Source: Candidatus Kapaibacterium sp. (lineage in GTDB: Bacteria; Bacteroidota; Ignavibacteria; Tepidaquicellales; Tepidaquicellaceae). From it: 64,000 nucleotides of DNA. Numbering within the stretch: the stretch's first letter is position 1; each line of letters begins with the position of its first letter. Positions 1 through 9,545 of the stretch are shown here, in pieces. The notes below the pieces were generated by a model. That model was not told where the DNA came from and did not search any database. It worked only from the letters and a program-made list of their open reading frames with translations. The stretch is taken from NCBI GenBank assembly GCA_041675325.1, contig JBAYUG010000004.1, positions 15,759 to 79,758 on the forward strand. Direction: 5' to 3'. The position numbers were made by a program, and so were the translations under genes.

Positions 1-1316
1 ATATCTTCCGATTTCTTTATCTCTTTCTGTTTGTAATACAAATCAGCTATCTGAGAAAGTATATATGTATCTCCTGTGTCTTTTGCATAAATTTTCTCAT
101 AAAACATCAGCGCCTTCTTGTAATCTTTTGATGTAGAATATGCTTGTGCCAGAGAAGTTGAAAACGTGCTCAGCAGACTGTCCGAAGAAAACCTCTCTTT
201 TATCGCCCCGTAAAGTGATTCAGCCTTGTCAAACTTTTCTGTAAATACATATAAGTCCATCAGACCCTGATAAACATAAAACGTATCAGGTTTCATATCA
301 ATGCACATATTATAATACTGCTCTGACTTATTGAAATGTATTTTGTTAATCGAGTCTTGTTTCACCACCATCGTGTCGTATGTCTTCATTGTATCATGCT
401 GCTTTGTATAATACCAGTTACCGTAAAGATTTGATTTATAAGATTCTGCAAGCCTGTAGTTGGAATTAAAAAGATTGTCTTTCTTCTTTTCAAGAAATAT
501 TTCGTCATTTTCCAGCGTCGCAAAATTTATATTGCTGGCTACTCGTGTAAAGCTGTTTATGGCAATCGCAAAGTTCAGGTTTCCGTAAAATCCGTATGAA
601 TATGTCGTAATGCCTATAACCTCACCCTTCGCGTTGAATAGCGCCCCGCCGCTGTTTCCGGGCGATATCGCTGCTGTTATCTGTATTACCTTGTCAAAAT
701 TCTTTTCTATTAATGCGTATGTTGCTGGGTCGTTGAAAGATACCTTCTCGTTCTCTCTTATCGCCGCTATTATTCCTTCCGATATGGTGTACTCAAACCC
801 TAACGGTGAGCCGACCGCAAAAACACTCTGCCCTACTTTTGGTAAATCCGAATTTCCTATTTTTACCGTAGGAAAAAGTTTATCCCCGCCGTTTAGTATC
901 CTTAAAATTGCAATGTCATTCTTCTCCTCAACGTACACAAGCTCTGCCTCATAAAATGTCCCGTCAGATGTTTTTACGAGCAGACTGTCAAACCCGTCTA
1001 TAACATGATAGTTCGTTCCCAGAAACCCGCGCGAATCAAAGATAAATCCGCTTCCGCTCAGTATGGTCGTGTCTTTTGGCAGAGAGCTGTAATAAAAGCT
1101 TGAGTAATTATCTGTATGAAACCATACGGAAACAAGAGCATCTTTATTCTGCTCAATAATCTGCTCTGCGTCTAAATCACCGTCCTTTGTCTCTATTAAA
1201 GGTGTTTTTTGTTCTGCTGTTTTCTTGTTTATATCCTGTGAATACGCCGAGGCTGCAAACATTAGCAGCAACAGAGTTATGTTGAAAATGCGCTGTGGCG
1301 TAAAGAATCTTTTCAA
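1..1316 (-). CDS. Trypsin-like (S1C/DegP-type) serine protease with helical-repeat C-terminal region; 3' end runs off the window
   Basis: Absent from the ORF track because there is no stop inside the window. My minus-strand translation starts at TTG 1316, with an in-frame TAA at 1322-1320 just upstream. It reads LKRFFTPQRIFNITLLLLMFAASAYSQ (signal peptide) ... GSGFIFD ... NDIAILRI ... AAISPGNSGGALFNAKGEVIGITT (catalytic Ser motif GNSGG near nt 650-665), then a TPR-like tail. Confidence 0.75.
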   Translation of the reverse strand, partial: MKRFFTPQRIFNITLLLLMFAASAYSQDINKKTAEQKTPLIETKDGDLDAEQIIEQNKDALVSVWFHTDNYSSFYYSSLPKDTTILSGSGFIFDSRGFLGTNYHVIDGFDSLLVKTSDGTFYEAELVYVEEKNDIAILRILNGGDKLFPTVKIGNSDLPKVGQSVFAVGSPLGFEYTISEGIIAAIRENEKVSFNDPATYALIEKNFDKVIQITAAISPGNSGGALFNAKGEVIGITTYSYGFYGNLNFAIAINSFTRVASNINFATLENDEIFLEKKKDNLFNSNYRLAESYKSNLYGNWYYTKQHDTMKTYDTMVVKQDSINKIHFNKSEQYYNMCIDMKPDTFYVYQGLMDLYVFTEKFDKAESLYGAIKERFSSDSLLSTFSTSLAQAYSTSKDYKKALMFYEKIYAKDTGDTYILSQIADLYYKQKEIKKSED

Positions 1317-1335
1317 ATATTATCCTTTCTCGTTT

Positions 1336-2148
1336 TTATTTTCCCTTCCATACAGGCTTTCTTTTCTCTATAAACGCTTTCATTCCCTCCATTTTATCCT
1401 CCGAAGCAAAAAGCAGGTTGAAATTTTTCTTCTCTGTTTCTATACCCATTTCCATTGTAGTGTCAAAAGCACGCAGTATGCTCTCCTTCGCAAGCTGCAC
1501 TGCTAAAGGCGCCTTTGTACAGATAGTCTTTGCAATCGCAATCGCATCCTCAAGATATTTATCATCATCAGAAACTTTTGTTAGCAAACCTGCAATGTAC
1601 AGTTCTTCCGATTCTATCATTCTTCCCGTAAGTATTATTTCCATCGCACGTGCTTTTCCAACTGCACGTGTCAATCTCTGTGTTCCGCCAACTCCGGGAA
1701 TTACTCCAAGGTTTACCTCGGGCTGTCCGAACTTTGCAGACCTTGCAGCAACTATCATATCGCAAAGCATAGCAAGCTCGCATCCGCCGCCAAGCGCAAA
1801 CCCGCTTACCGCTGCTATCAAAGGCTTCTTAATGTTTCTTAGCCTGTCCCACGAAGCAAACATATTCATGTAATGCATCTCAACCGAATTATGTGAAGAC
1901 ATTTCCTTTATATCAACACCCGCCGCAAACGCCTTTTCGTTTCCCGTCAGCACACTGCAGCCAAAATTCTCATCTTTGTCAACTTCAAAAAGTACCTCAA
2001 CAAGTTCCGCCATCAGCTCCATGTTAAGCGCATTCATTACCTGTGGTCTGTTAATCTGTATCTGGCATACGCTAAGCCCTTTTTCGTTTGCAATTTCTGT
2101 TACAAGGATATTCTTGTAAGTTGTTTTTAAAAACCCCTTTTCACCCAT
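1336..2148 (-). CDS. Enoyl-CoA hydratase (crotonase family)
   Basis: 270 aa with crotonase-fold motifs GNEKAFAAGVDIKEM and AAVSGFALGGGCELAMLCD. Confidence 0.9.
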   Translation of the reverse strand: MGEKGFLKTTYKNILVTEIANEKGLSVCQIQINRPQVMNALNMELMAELVEVLFEVDKDENFGCSVLTGNEKAFAAGVDIKEMSSHNSVEMHYMNMFASWDRLRNIKKPLIAAVSGFALGGGCELAMLCDMIVAARSAKFGQPEVNLGVIPGVGGTQRLTRAVGKARAMEIILTGRMIESEELYIAGLLTKVSDDDKYLEDAIAIAKTICTKAPLAVQLAKESILRAFDTTMEMGIETEKKNFNLLFASEDKMEGMKAFIEKRKPVWKGK

Positions 2149-2491
2149 TAATATTATTGTCTGTAATTAGTAGAATTATTGAATTTATCAATACTGCATA
2201 AAAATAACAATGAATTGAAAAATATAAAAGAAGACCCAAAATTGTTTAAAAAACAGGATACGCATTCACTCGCAACAATATTATAAAATTTGTCATTCCC
2301 GAATGCGCGTTCTATGTCGCAGATTCGCCGTGGAGAACGTCCGCCGTGGCGGATTCTTGGCGGGGATCTAATCATTGTTCCTTAAAACTCTCTCCGCGTA
2401 CTTTTTTTATTTAAATTAGCCTCAAAAAGAACATTCATAAACTAACGAAAGCTTATAACAGCAGCTATTTCCATGTGTAAAATTTAGTACC

Positions 2492-2535
2492 AAAGTGCGC
2501 ATAAAGTGCGCATAAAGTGCGCATAAAGTACGCAT
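2492..2535. repeat. 11-bp tandem repeat AAAGTGCGCAT x4
   Basis: Three exact copies plus one with a single substitution (aaagtacgcat). Confidence 0.95.
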
Positions 2536-2606
2536 AATTACTTTCAAAATATAACCCGTTATTATCTTTTTTCTTGTTCAAAAGCACCCTCTGTTCAACC
2601 ACATAA

Positions 2607-2700
2607 ATCCGTCAGCGTAAATCTGTGTTCTATTTTCAAATCTCTATCAGTGAAAATCATACTCTTTCAGTATTAATCAGTGTGCGCTCTTTGTTCACCT
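2607..2700 (+). repeat. Dispersed intergenic repeat: truncated module A (2607-2634) plus module B (2641-2700)
   Basis: atccgtcagcgtaaatctgtgttctatt, then tctctatcagtgaaaatcatactc...ctctttgttcacc, which is similar to 60795-60840. Confidence 0.8.
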
Positions 2701-2810
2701 TAAACAACTACACCATCATTTCTCTTGCCACCTTCTCCCTTTAATACACCGTTTTATATTCTTATATTTGTATTCATATCAAACATTATTAAATAAATCA
2801 ATTATACTCT

Positions 2811-3812
2811 ATGCCGTTTAACTTAAGAAACAGACACCTGCTCAAACTTGCAGACCTCTCTCAGAAAGAAATTAATTTCCTTCTCGACCTTTCAAGGGAC
2901 CTCAAAAGAGCAAAGTACGCAAAGACAGAGCAGCAGCATTTAAAAGGAAAAAACATAGCCCTCATTTTTGAAAAGGCATCAACCCGCACCCGCTGTGCAT
3001 TTGAAGTCGCCGCATTCGATCAAGGCGCACAGGTTACGTATCTCGGTCCCTCTGGCTCGCAGATTGGTCAAAAAGAATCAATGAAAGATACCGCCCGCGT
3101 TCTCGGAAGAATGTACGACGCAATCGAGTACCGTGGATACGGACAAACTATCGTTGAAGAGCTCGCCGCTTATGCCGGAGTCCCTGTGTACAACGGGCTC
3201 ACAGACGAGTGGCACCCAACCCAGGCTCTTGCCGATTTTCTTACTATGCAGGAACATTCTGATAAGCCACTTAACAAAATCAGTTATTGTTACATTGGCG
3301 ATACACGCTCAAACATGGGCAACACGCTCACAGTTGACGGCTGCATTATGGGAATGGACGTTAGAATCTGCGGACCAAAAAATCTCTGGCCTGATAAAGA
3401 AGTTCAGTATATGGCAAAAGAATTCGCAAAGAAATCCGGCGGTAAACTGATGATTACAGACGACCCCGCCAAAGCAGTAAAAGGCGTTGATTTCATTTAC
3501 ACAGATGTCTGGCTTTCTATGGGGGAGTCAGCGGAGAAATGGGCAGAAAGAATTAAACTTCTGAAACCTTATCAGGTTAATAAAAAGCTCATGGTAAAAA
3601 CCGGAAACCCGAACGCAAAATTTCTCCATTGTCTCCCAGCATTTCATAACAGGGAAACCACCGTCGGCGAAGATATATATCAGAAATACGGTCTCGATGG
3701 ACTCGAAGTAACCGAAGATGTTTTTGAATCGGAAGCTTCAGTAGTCTTCGATGAAGCAGAAAACAGAATGCACACTATAAAAGCCGTTCTCGTCGCAACC
3801 TTGGCAGACTAA
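2811..3812 (+). CDS. argF: Ornithine carbamoyltransferase
   Basis: 333 aa, collinear with E. coli ArgI as I remember it. Motifs [20 protein letters not shown] and HCLPAFH are present. Confidence 0.93.
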   Translation: MPFNLRNRHLLKLADLSQKEINFLLDLSRDLKRAKYAKTEQQHLKGKNIALIFEKASTRTRCAFEVAAFDQGAQVTYLGPSGSQIGQKESMKDTARVLGRMYDAIEYRGYGQTIVEELAAYAGVPVYNGLTDEWHPTQALADFLTMQEHSDKPLNKISYCYIGDTRSNMGNTLTVDGCIMGMDVRICGPKNLWPDKEVQYMAKEFAKKSGGKLMITDDPAKAVKGVDFIYTDVWLSMGESAEKWAERIKLLKPYQVNKKLMVKTGNPNAKFLHCLPAFHNRETTVGEDIYQKYGLDGLEVTEDVFESEASVVFDEAENRMHTIKAVLVATLAD

Positions 3813-3837
3813 AAACCTAAATTAAAATTCATTAAAT

Positions 3838-3867
3838 AGAAAAGGCGGATTTATCTCCGCCTTTTCT
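3838..3867. terminator. Bidirectional hairpin terminator between convergent argF and the gpx-like gene
   Basis: aaaggcgga-tttatc-tccgccttt stem flanked by an A-run and a T-run. Confidence 0.7.
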
Positions 3868-3907
3868 ATTATATGTTTTATTTATAGCTCTAATTAACCA
3901 GTAAATC

Positions 3908-4495
3908 TTACAACAGTTTTTCTATCGCCGCTGTCATTTCTTCTGATTCGGGTTTCACCTTGCTCTTGTACCTTCCGACTACGTTTCCGCTTTTATCTAT
4001 TAAGAACTTTTCAAAGTTCCATGAGATATCCCCAGCCGGCTCATAGTTTATAAGCTTTGCATAAAGCGCTGACCTGTCTTCTCCGAGAACTTTTACCTTG
4101 TCAAACAGTGTAAATGTAACGTTGTAGTTTGTCTTGCAAAAATCCTGTATCTCCTCGAGTGTACCCGGCTCCTGTCCGCCGAAGTCGTTGCAAGGAAATG
4201 CAAGTATTTCAAAACCTCTGTCCTTATATTTATTGTATATATCCTGCAATCCTTCATACTGTTTTGTGTATCCGCATTTAGAAGCAACGTTTACTATTAG
4301 CACCACCTTGCCTTTATAGTCCGACAAAGATTTTTCCTGGCCGTCAATTGTTTTTACTTTCTGGTCTGAAATGTTTATTGGGTCAGTTGTTTTTGATGTC
4401 ATTTTATTTGTGTTTTCTGTTTCCTGTTTCTTCGTGCAACCAGTTGTATAGATGCTGACTGCCATTATTAGTATCAAGAAGAGTGTTCTTTTCAT
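3908..4495 (-). CDS. Glutathione peroxidase family lipoprotein (Cys-type, not Sec)
   Basis: Motifs VASKCGYT, FPCNDFGGQEPG and WNFEKFL. I moved the start from 4609 to ATG 4495, which gives MKRTLFLILIMAVSIYTTGC (lipoprotein signal). Confidence 0.88.
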   Translation of the reverse strand: MKRTLFLILIMAVSIYTTGCTKKQETENTNKMTSKTTDPINISDQKVKTIDGQEKSLSDYKGKVVLIVNVASKCGYTKQYEGLQDIYNKYKDRGFEILAFPCNDFGGQEPGTLEEIQDFCKTNYNVTFTLFDKVKVLGEDRSALYAKLINYEPAGDISWNFEKFLIDKSGNVVGRYKSKVKPESEEMTAAIEKLL

Positions 4496-4647
4496 GCTTT
4501 TTGTTTTTAAGTTATATGTACATAAACATAGAATTGTACAGAAAGAATCCCTTAAACAATAATCCAAACAAAAGTATTTCTTGCCTGGAATTGTTGAGTA
4601 TATTTTCATGTTTTATATTTAAAAAACAAACAAGAAGGAGTTATATC

Positions 4648-5019
4648 ATGGCAGGAAAGAATCCTATAGGATGGTTCGAAATACACGTTAAAGATTTTGA
4701 TAAGGCAAGAGATTTTTACGGTAAACTTTTTAACTGGGAGTTTAATCTATCCCAAAGCAGAAATTCTCAGTACTGGAATATCTTTACAGGAGAAGGCTCA
4801 ATAGGCGGCGGATTCATGAAAAAGGAAAAACCCGAACACGGTGGTCAGGCTGTAGTGCTTTATGTTTCTGTAGAAGATATTGATAGTACACTTAAAAATG
4901 TAAACGAGCTTGGAGGAAAAACTCATACACCCAAAACACTGATTAATGAAAAGGCTGGTTACTTTGCTTTGTTCTCAGATAACGATGGAAACTTAATTGG
5001 TCTCTGGTCACAAAATTAA
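4648..5019 (+). CDS. VOC/glyoxalase-family protein
   Basis: I moved the start to ATG 4648, preceded by AAGGAG at 4635-4640. The N-terminus GWFEIHVKDFDKARDFY is typical of glyoxalase/bleomycin-resistance fold proteins. Confidence 0.8.
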   Translation: MAGKNPIGWFEIHVKDFDKARDFYGKLFNWEFNLSQSRNSQYWNIFTGEGSIGGGFMKKEKPEHGGQAVVLYVSVEDIDSTLKNVNELGGKTHTPKTLINEKAGYFALFSDNDGNLIGLWSQN

Positions 5020-5076
5020 TTAATTAAAATTTTATGCTGCGTTGCTTTTTAAGCGGCGCAGTTTTCTTATTGCAAA

Positions 5077-5688
5077 TCACTGCGGAGCAACCGTTAACTC
5101 CAGAAACTCTATCTTAGCCGGTTTTTCAACCTCCTGAATCTTTATAGGCGCGTTCATCTGTACTGTATTTGCCGTTACCGTTATTCCTTCAAAGCTTGCC
5201 TTAAGCACATATTTGCTATCATATACGGAAAACTTCGAGCCTGTATTGTTCTCATAAATGTCGCATGTAAACCCCGCAACGATTTCGTTCCCGGTTTTCA
5301 TCATCTTTGATGCAATCTCCTCCGCATCCGAAAGCACCGCAAAGTTACTAAAGTAATTGTGGTCTTTTACAATTCTTGATTTCACGGGCTGTACTATTGT
5401 TTCAGTAGTAAAGTAAAAGTATATCCAGTCTTTATCAATAAATCTCGTTTCAAGGTTTGTCTGCCCGTTAACCGTTTTCTCAAGTTCTAGTTTAACGTTG
5501 CCTCCCTTCCTTGTCATCGTAATTTTGCCGCCGCCCGTTCCGGTAACGTCATACCTGATTATGGCAGAAGAAGAATCTTTTGAATTATTGTTATCTATAA
5601 TTTTCACAACCCTCTTCTGTTCCTCTTCACAGCCTTGTAATAACAGAAAGGCAATAAACACAAATAAACCGAGTAATATCTGTTTCAA
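5077..5688 (-). CDS. Hypothetical lipoprotein
   Basis: 203 aa with signal peptide plus lipobox (LLLQGCEEE). I recognised no family. Confidence 0.6.
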   Translation of the reverse strand: MKQILLGLFVFIAFLLLQGCEEEQKRVVKIIDNNNSKDSSSAIIRYDVTGTGGGKITMTRKGGNVKLELEKTVNGQTNLETRFIDKDWIYFYFTTETIVQPVKSRIVKDHNYFSNFAVLSDAEEIASKMMKTGNEIVAGFTCDIYENNTGSKFSVYDSKYVLKASFEGITVTANTVQMNAPIKIQEVEKPAKIEFLELTVAPQ

Positions 5689-5855
5689 GTCTTAATTTTT
5701 ATATCATAATAATTTAATTGCATAATTTATACAATCAAATTAGTTTTACATATATATTCAAACATTTGTCTTATTTATTCGTAAAATAAGATATTGGGAA
5801 TAAAACATCTAAACCGTTTTATTTGTTATAAATTAGTATAAATAAAAATAATAAT

Positions 5856-7637
5856 ATGAAGATTAAAACATTATTTGTAACATTGTTTCTGGTCGTTTTC
5901 TCTGCAGGGTATAGCCAGAACGATATCTGGTACACAACCGTTCTGCAGGAAAAGTTTTTGGATAAAGAGGGCAGACCCGTTACCGGCAAGGGGGTCGTTG
6001 TCGGCGATATAGATTCTGGTATTGACGTGTTTCACCCATTCTTCTTCTTTGCTGATGGGGGAGAGTTTAAATGGATAGATGTAGATAAAAACGGTACGTT
6101 CACACCCGGACTTGACGCTGTGGATTATAACAACGACGGGATTGCGAGTATAGACGAGGTCTTGAGATATATAGAAATGAATAACAACACTTATAATGTT
6201 CTTAAAACCGACAAAGATAATTATAATCCCGACATGGATTTCCTTTATAACGACAAAAACGGCAACAAGAAAAGAGACCATGGAGAGAAAGATGGTTTTT
6301 CTGAGCAGGATCCCACTTACGGCGAACAGTTCTTTATTGCGATTGACGCAAATCAAAACGGCGTTCTTGAAACAGGAGAAAATATAATTGCACTTAAAAC
6401 TTCAAAGGTACGTTCAGTAAGGGAAAAAGACGGAACGATTAGAAGAAGGGGGATAGACATTATAAAGACAGAACCCGATTCAGTCCAGCACGGAACAAGT
6501 GTAGCAGGTATTGTGCTTGGCGGACATTATGGCGTGCAGAAACTTCATGGCTTTGCTCCCGATGCCGAAATAGTAATGGCAAACATTAAATATGATTATA
6601 CACCAAGGTTCGCAAGAAATTTTCCCGATATGATTAAGTTCTTAAGGGACGAAAAAGTTAATATACTTTTGTTTGAAGATGGTGAGTGGATGTTTGAATT
6701 TATGGACGGTTCAACAGAAGAAGAAATGCTGACAAATGAACTCGCAAGGTCAGGTATGACTATTATCGGCGGGGGCGGAAATCTTGCTTCAGGCAATATG
6801 CTTGTTCGCTCAAAACTAAAGAAGGCACAGCTCGAAACATTTAAGTTCTCCTCTCCCGCAACGGGTGAGGGAAAGAAGAACGATGGCTCTTTTGTTTCCT
6901 TTCTCTGGAAAGGAAAAGATAAAAATGCCGTCTTTACTGTATTAACACCCGACAATAAACTTTCTACTGAAATAAAAGGTGGTTCCGGTATCCTTAAAGT
7001 TGGGAATTATAATATCAATTATGCAAGAGTTGTATCGCCAAAAGGAACCGTGATGATGAAGTTTGCGTTCTCTGAAAAAGATTCGGGCACTGTAAAAGGT
7101 GATTGGCAGATAAGAGTACATGCTAAGGATGAGATCGACCTGTTCGGTTTTATTGTTGACGTAACGCAGTCATGGGGAGGAACAACCCGCTGGTATTCGG
7201 ATAAAATTTCGGATGAGGGTACAGTTACTTTTCCTTCTACCGCCGACAGCTGTATTGCAGTAGGTGCTTACACTGTAAACTATGCGTGGGGTGAAAATGA
7301 TGCAATCGGTAAATTATGTTACTACAGCGGTATCGGTTATAATATTTCTGGTAAGGTTGGAATAGATATTTGTGCGCCCGGACACTCAACCTTTACAAGC
7401 GGTCCTAACAATTCCTATGCATTATTCAGCGGCACAAGCTCAGCCGCACCGCATGTTGTTGGCACGGTGGCATTAATGCTTCAGATAAACCCCGCCTTGA
7501 CTCACACCGATGTGAGAAACATTTTAAGGCACACCTCTAAATCAGATGAGTTTACAGGAACCGTACCGAATACAAAATGGGGAGCGGGAAAACTAAATCC
7601 CGAAGGCGCTTTAAAATATGTTTCGGAAAGGCCTTAA
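5856..7637 (+). CDS. Secreted subtilisin-like serine peptidase (S8) with EF-hand-like Ca-binding insert
   Basis: Catalytic triad motifs VGDIDSGID, HGTSVAGIV and SGTSSAAPHVVG, plus an N-terminal signal peptide. Confidence 0.88.
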   Translation: MKIKTLFVTLFLVVFSAGYSQNDIWYTTVLQEKFLDKEGRPVTGKGVVVGDIDSGIDVFHPFFFFADGGEFKWIDVDKNGTFTPGLDAVDYNNDGIASIDEVLRYIEMNNNTYNVLKTDKDNYNPDMDFLYNDKNGNKKRDHGEKDGFSEQDPTYGEQFFIAIDANQNGVLETGENIIALKTSKVRSVREKDGTIRRRGIDIIKTEPDSVQHGTSVAGIVLGGHYGVQKLHGFAPDAEIVMANIKYDYTPRFARNFPDMIKFLRDEKVNILLFEDGEWMFEFMDGSTEEEMLTNELARSGMTIIGGGGNLASGNMLVRSKLKKAQLETFKFSSPATGEGKKNDGSFVSFLWKGKDKNAVFTVLTPDNKLSTEIKGGSGILKVGNYNINYARVVSPKGTVMMKFAFSEKDSGTVKGDWQIRVHAKDEIDLFGFIVDVTQSWGGTTRWYSDKISDEGTVTFPSTADSCIAVGAYTVNYAWGENDAIGKLCYYSGIGYNISGKVGIDICAPGHSTFTSGPNNSYALFSGTSSAAPHVVGTVALMLQINPALTHTDVRNILRHTSKSDEFTGTVPNTKWGAGKLNPEGALKYVSERP

Positions 7638-7663
7638 TGAATTATAAAGAATAGTTTTAAATA

Positions 7664-7692
7664 AAAACGGCAGATATTTAACCTGCCGTTTT
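7664..7692. terminator. Hairpin terminator between convergent S8 peptidase and rpsT
   Basis: aaaacggcag-atatttaac-ctgccgtttt. Confidence 0.7.
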
Positions 7693-7711
7693 TTATAGTA
7701 TGTAAGAAAAC

Positions 7712-7972
7712 TTATTTGCTAACTTTATTGATGTGTTTTGCTAATCTTGATTTTTCATTAGCAGCTTTGTTCTTGTGTATGATTCCCTTCGTTGCGGCTC
7801 TGTCAAGTGTTCTTACAGCTTTTTTAAATTCTGCTGTTGCAGTATCTTTCTCTGTTGTTCCAAGAACTTTTTTCACAGAACCTTTTATTGTTACCCTGTA
7901 TTTCTTATTCTTCTCGGTCTTTTTTAATGTTTGTCTTGCTCTTTTCTGAGCTGATTTGTGTCTTAATGGCAT
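7712..7972 (-). CDS. rpsT: 30S ribosomal protein S20
   Basis: 86 aa, basic. The start MPLRHKSAQKRARQ resembles the S20 N-terminus. Confidence 0.9.
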   Translation of the reverse strand: MPLRHKSAQKRARQTLKKTEKNKKYRVTIKGSVKKVLGTTEKDTATAEFKKAVRTLDRAATKGIIHKNKAANEKSRLAKHINKVSK

Positions 7973-8030
7973 ATTTTATCTTATTTTAAAAGTGTAAAAA
8001 TACATAATTTAGGTTATAAATTCAATTCGT

Positions 8031-9545
8031 TTATAGTTTTGTAAGGGCATTTTTGATGTCAGAAACGATATTTTGTGTGTTACTGCTCTTTTTTAAACCT
8101 TCTTTTATGCTGTTATATGAGTAAAGTACCGTCGCATGATCTTTTCCCCCAAAGTTCAGCCCTATGGATTCCAGCGTGTATGAAGTTAATTCTTTTGCAA
8201 GATACATCGCAACCTGTCTCGCAAAAGCAATTTCTTTTGTTCGTTTTCGGGATAGTATCTGGTTCTCTGAAAGTTTAAAATACTCTGCTGTTGCAAATAT
8301 TATGTTCTCAATTGAAACGCTCTTTGCTTTTCTTACATTGCCTAAAAATTTTGAAACCACTTTCTCTGCCAGTTCAAGGTTAATTTCGCCCTTGTTAACA
8401 AAAAGACTTTCTGCAATTAAGTTTACAATACAGCCCTCAAGTGAACGAATGCTGTCCTTAATATTCGAAGCAATATAATGTATAACATCTTCCGGCACAT
8501 CTTCAATGTGAGCTTCCTCAAGTTTCTTCTGAATAATTGCCACCCTCATTTCCCAGCTTGGTAACTGTATATCTACCATGATACCCCACTGAAATCTCGA
8601 CATCAGTCTTTCTGTAATACTCTTTAGCTGATTAATCGGTTTATCACTCGAAAATATTATCTGCTTCTTATTGTTATACAGCGAGTTGAATATCTGATAC
8701 ATAAAATCCTGTGTTCCCGGTTTGCCCTCAAGATTTTGTATGTCATCAAGAATCAGAACGTCAAGAGATTTATAAAAACTGTCAAGCTTTCGGGGGCCGC
8801 CCTTCTCGCTAGTGAAATCAAACCTCTCCCTTGCAATGCTTGTTGTAAACTGGCTTGTAAATTCAGGAGTTGTAAGATAGTAAACCCTTTTCTCCGGGGA
8901 CCTTTTCAGAATCTCATTTCCGATTGCCTGTATTAGATGCGTTTTCCCTACACCTACACCGCCGTAAATTAAACACGGATTGTATGTTCCCCCGGGATTG
9001 TTCGCAATTGCAAATGCTGCGGCTACAGCTAAGTCATTACTCTCACCTTTTACAAAGTTCACAAATGTATGTTTTGAGTATAGATTTGAAACAAACTGTT
9101 CCTTCTGTTCTTCCTGACTGTATGATTTTGTTGCTCCGTAAGGATACTGAAAGTCTGTAATATTTGAATTCTTCGGTGTCGGTTGTTCCTGTTTTTGTTC
9201 TACATTGTCAAAAAGACTTTCTTGTGAAACAATGTAAGCAAGCTTACCGTTTTCCCCCAGTAAACCGCTTTCGATTATTGCAGATATTTGCTTGTTATAT
9301 CTCTTTTCAATTATCCCGTAAACATCCTTGCTCGGTACTTGAATTGTTAATACGTTGTTTTCGAAACTGCTGGGTGAAAGAATTGAAAACCACGTGCTGA
9401 TCTCCGACTGCTTTAAATTTTGAGACAATAACTCTATAAATTTTACCCAGATTTCTTTTGCGGCTTCTTTAACTTGCAGCTGTGCAGCTGTTTCTTTTTG
9501 TACGGGTTTACTTTCTTCAAACGAATTTAGTGTGGTATTACTCAT
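8031..9545 (-). CDS. dnaA: Chromosomal replication initiator DnaA
   Basis: 504 aa with Walker A GGVGVGKTHL, LILDDIQ, and a C-terminal DNA-binding domain (FGGKDHATVLYS). Confidence 0.95.
   Translation of the reverse strand: MSNTTLNSFEESKPVQKETAAQLQVKEAAKEIWVKFIELLSQNLKQSEISTWFSILSPSSFENNVLTIQVPSKDVYGIIEKRYNKQISAIIESGLLGENGKLAYIVSQESLFDNVEQKQEQPTPKNSNITDFQYPYGATKSYSQEEQKEQFVSNLYSKHTFVNFVKGESNDLAVAAAFAIANNPGGTYNPCLIYGGVGVGKTHLIQAIGNEILKRSPEKRVYYLTTPEFTSQFTTSIARERFDFTSEKGGPRKLDSFYKSLDVLILDDIQNLEGKPGTQDFMYQIFNSLYNNKKQIIFSSDKPINQLKSITERLMSRFQWGIMVDIQLPSWEMRVAIIQKKLEEAHIEDVPEDVIHYIASNIKDSIRSLEGCIVNLIAESLFVNKGEINLELAEKVVSKFLGNVRKAKSVSIENIIFATAEYFKLSENQILSRKRTKEIAFARQVAMYLAKELTSYTLESIGLNFGGKDHATVLYSYNSIKEGLKKSSNTQNIVSDIKNALTKL

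Noticed and set aside
610-954. 114-aa plus-strand ORF, and similar antisense ORFs throughout (for example 1418-1873, 5871-6356, 6596-6955, 49536-50150 and 54317-54499).
   Set aside because: Each lies opposite a well-supported conserved gene (S1C protease, crotonase, S8 peptidase, sufS/sufE, sufB) and has no family-like sequence.
2154-2375. 73-aa minus-strand ORF downstream of the crotonase gene.
   Set aside because: It lies on repeat-derived sequence (tgtcattcccgaa...ggcggggatc element). It has an odd Arg/Pro-rich composition, no RBS and no recognisable family.
2740-2810. ArgR ARG box upstream of argF.
   Set aside because: Only a single ATTCA-containing half-site-like segment (tgtattcatatc) is present. 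There is no convincing 18-bp TNTGAAT-N4-ATTCANA pair.
3908-4609. N-terminal extensions in the ORF track (also 4483-5019, 17884-18261, 18495-19199, 26795-28051, 36535-37593, 43847-44311, 44328-45755, 46840-47913 and 54936-55619), and possible selenocysteine in the GPx.
   Set aside because: The internal ATGs give canonical signal peptides or family N-termini, often with an RBS or a fit to the neighbouring stop codon. The GPx active site is encoded as Cys (TGT/TGC), with no in-frame TGA.
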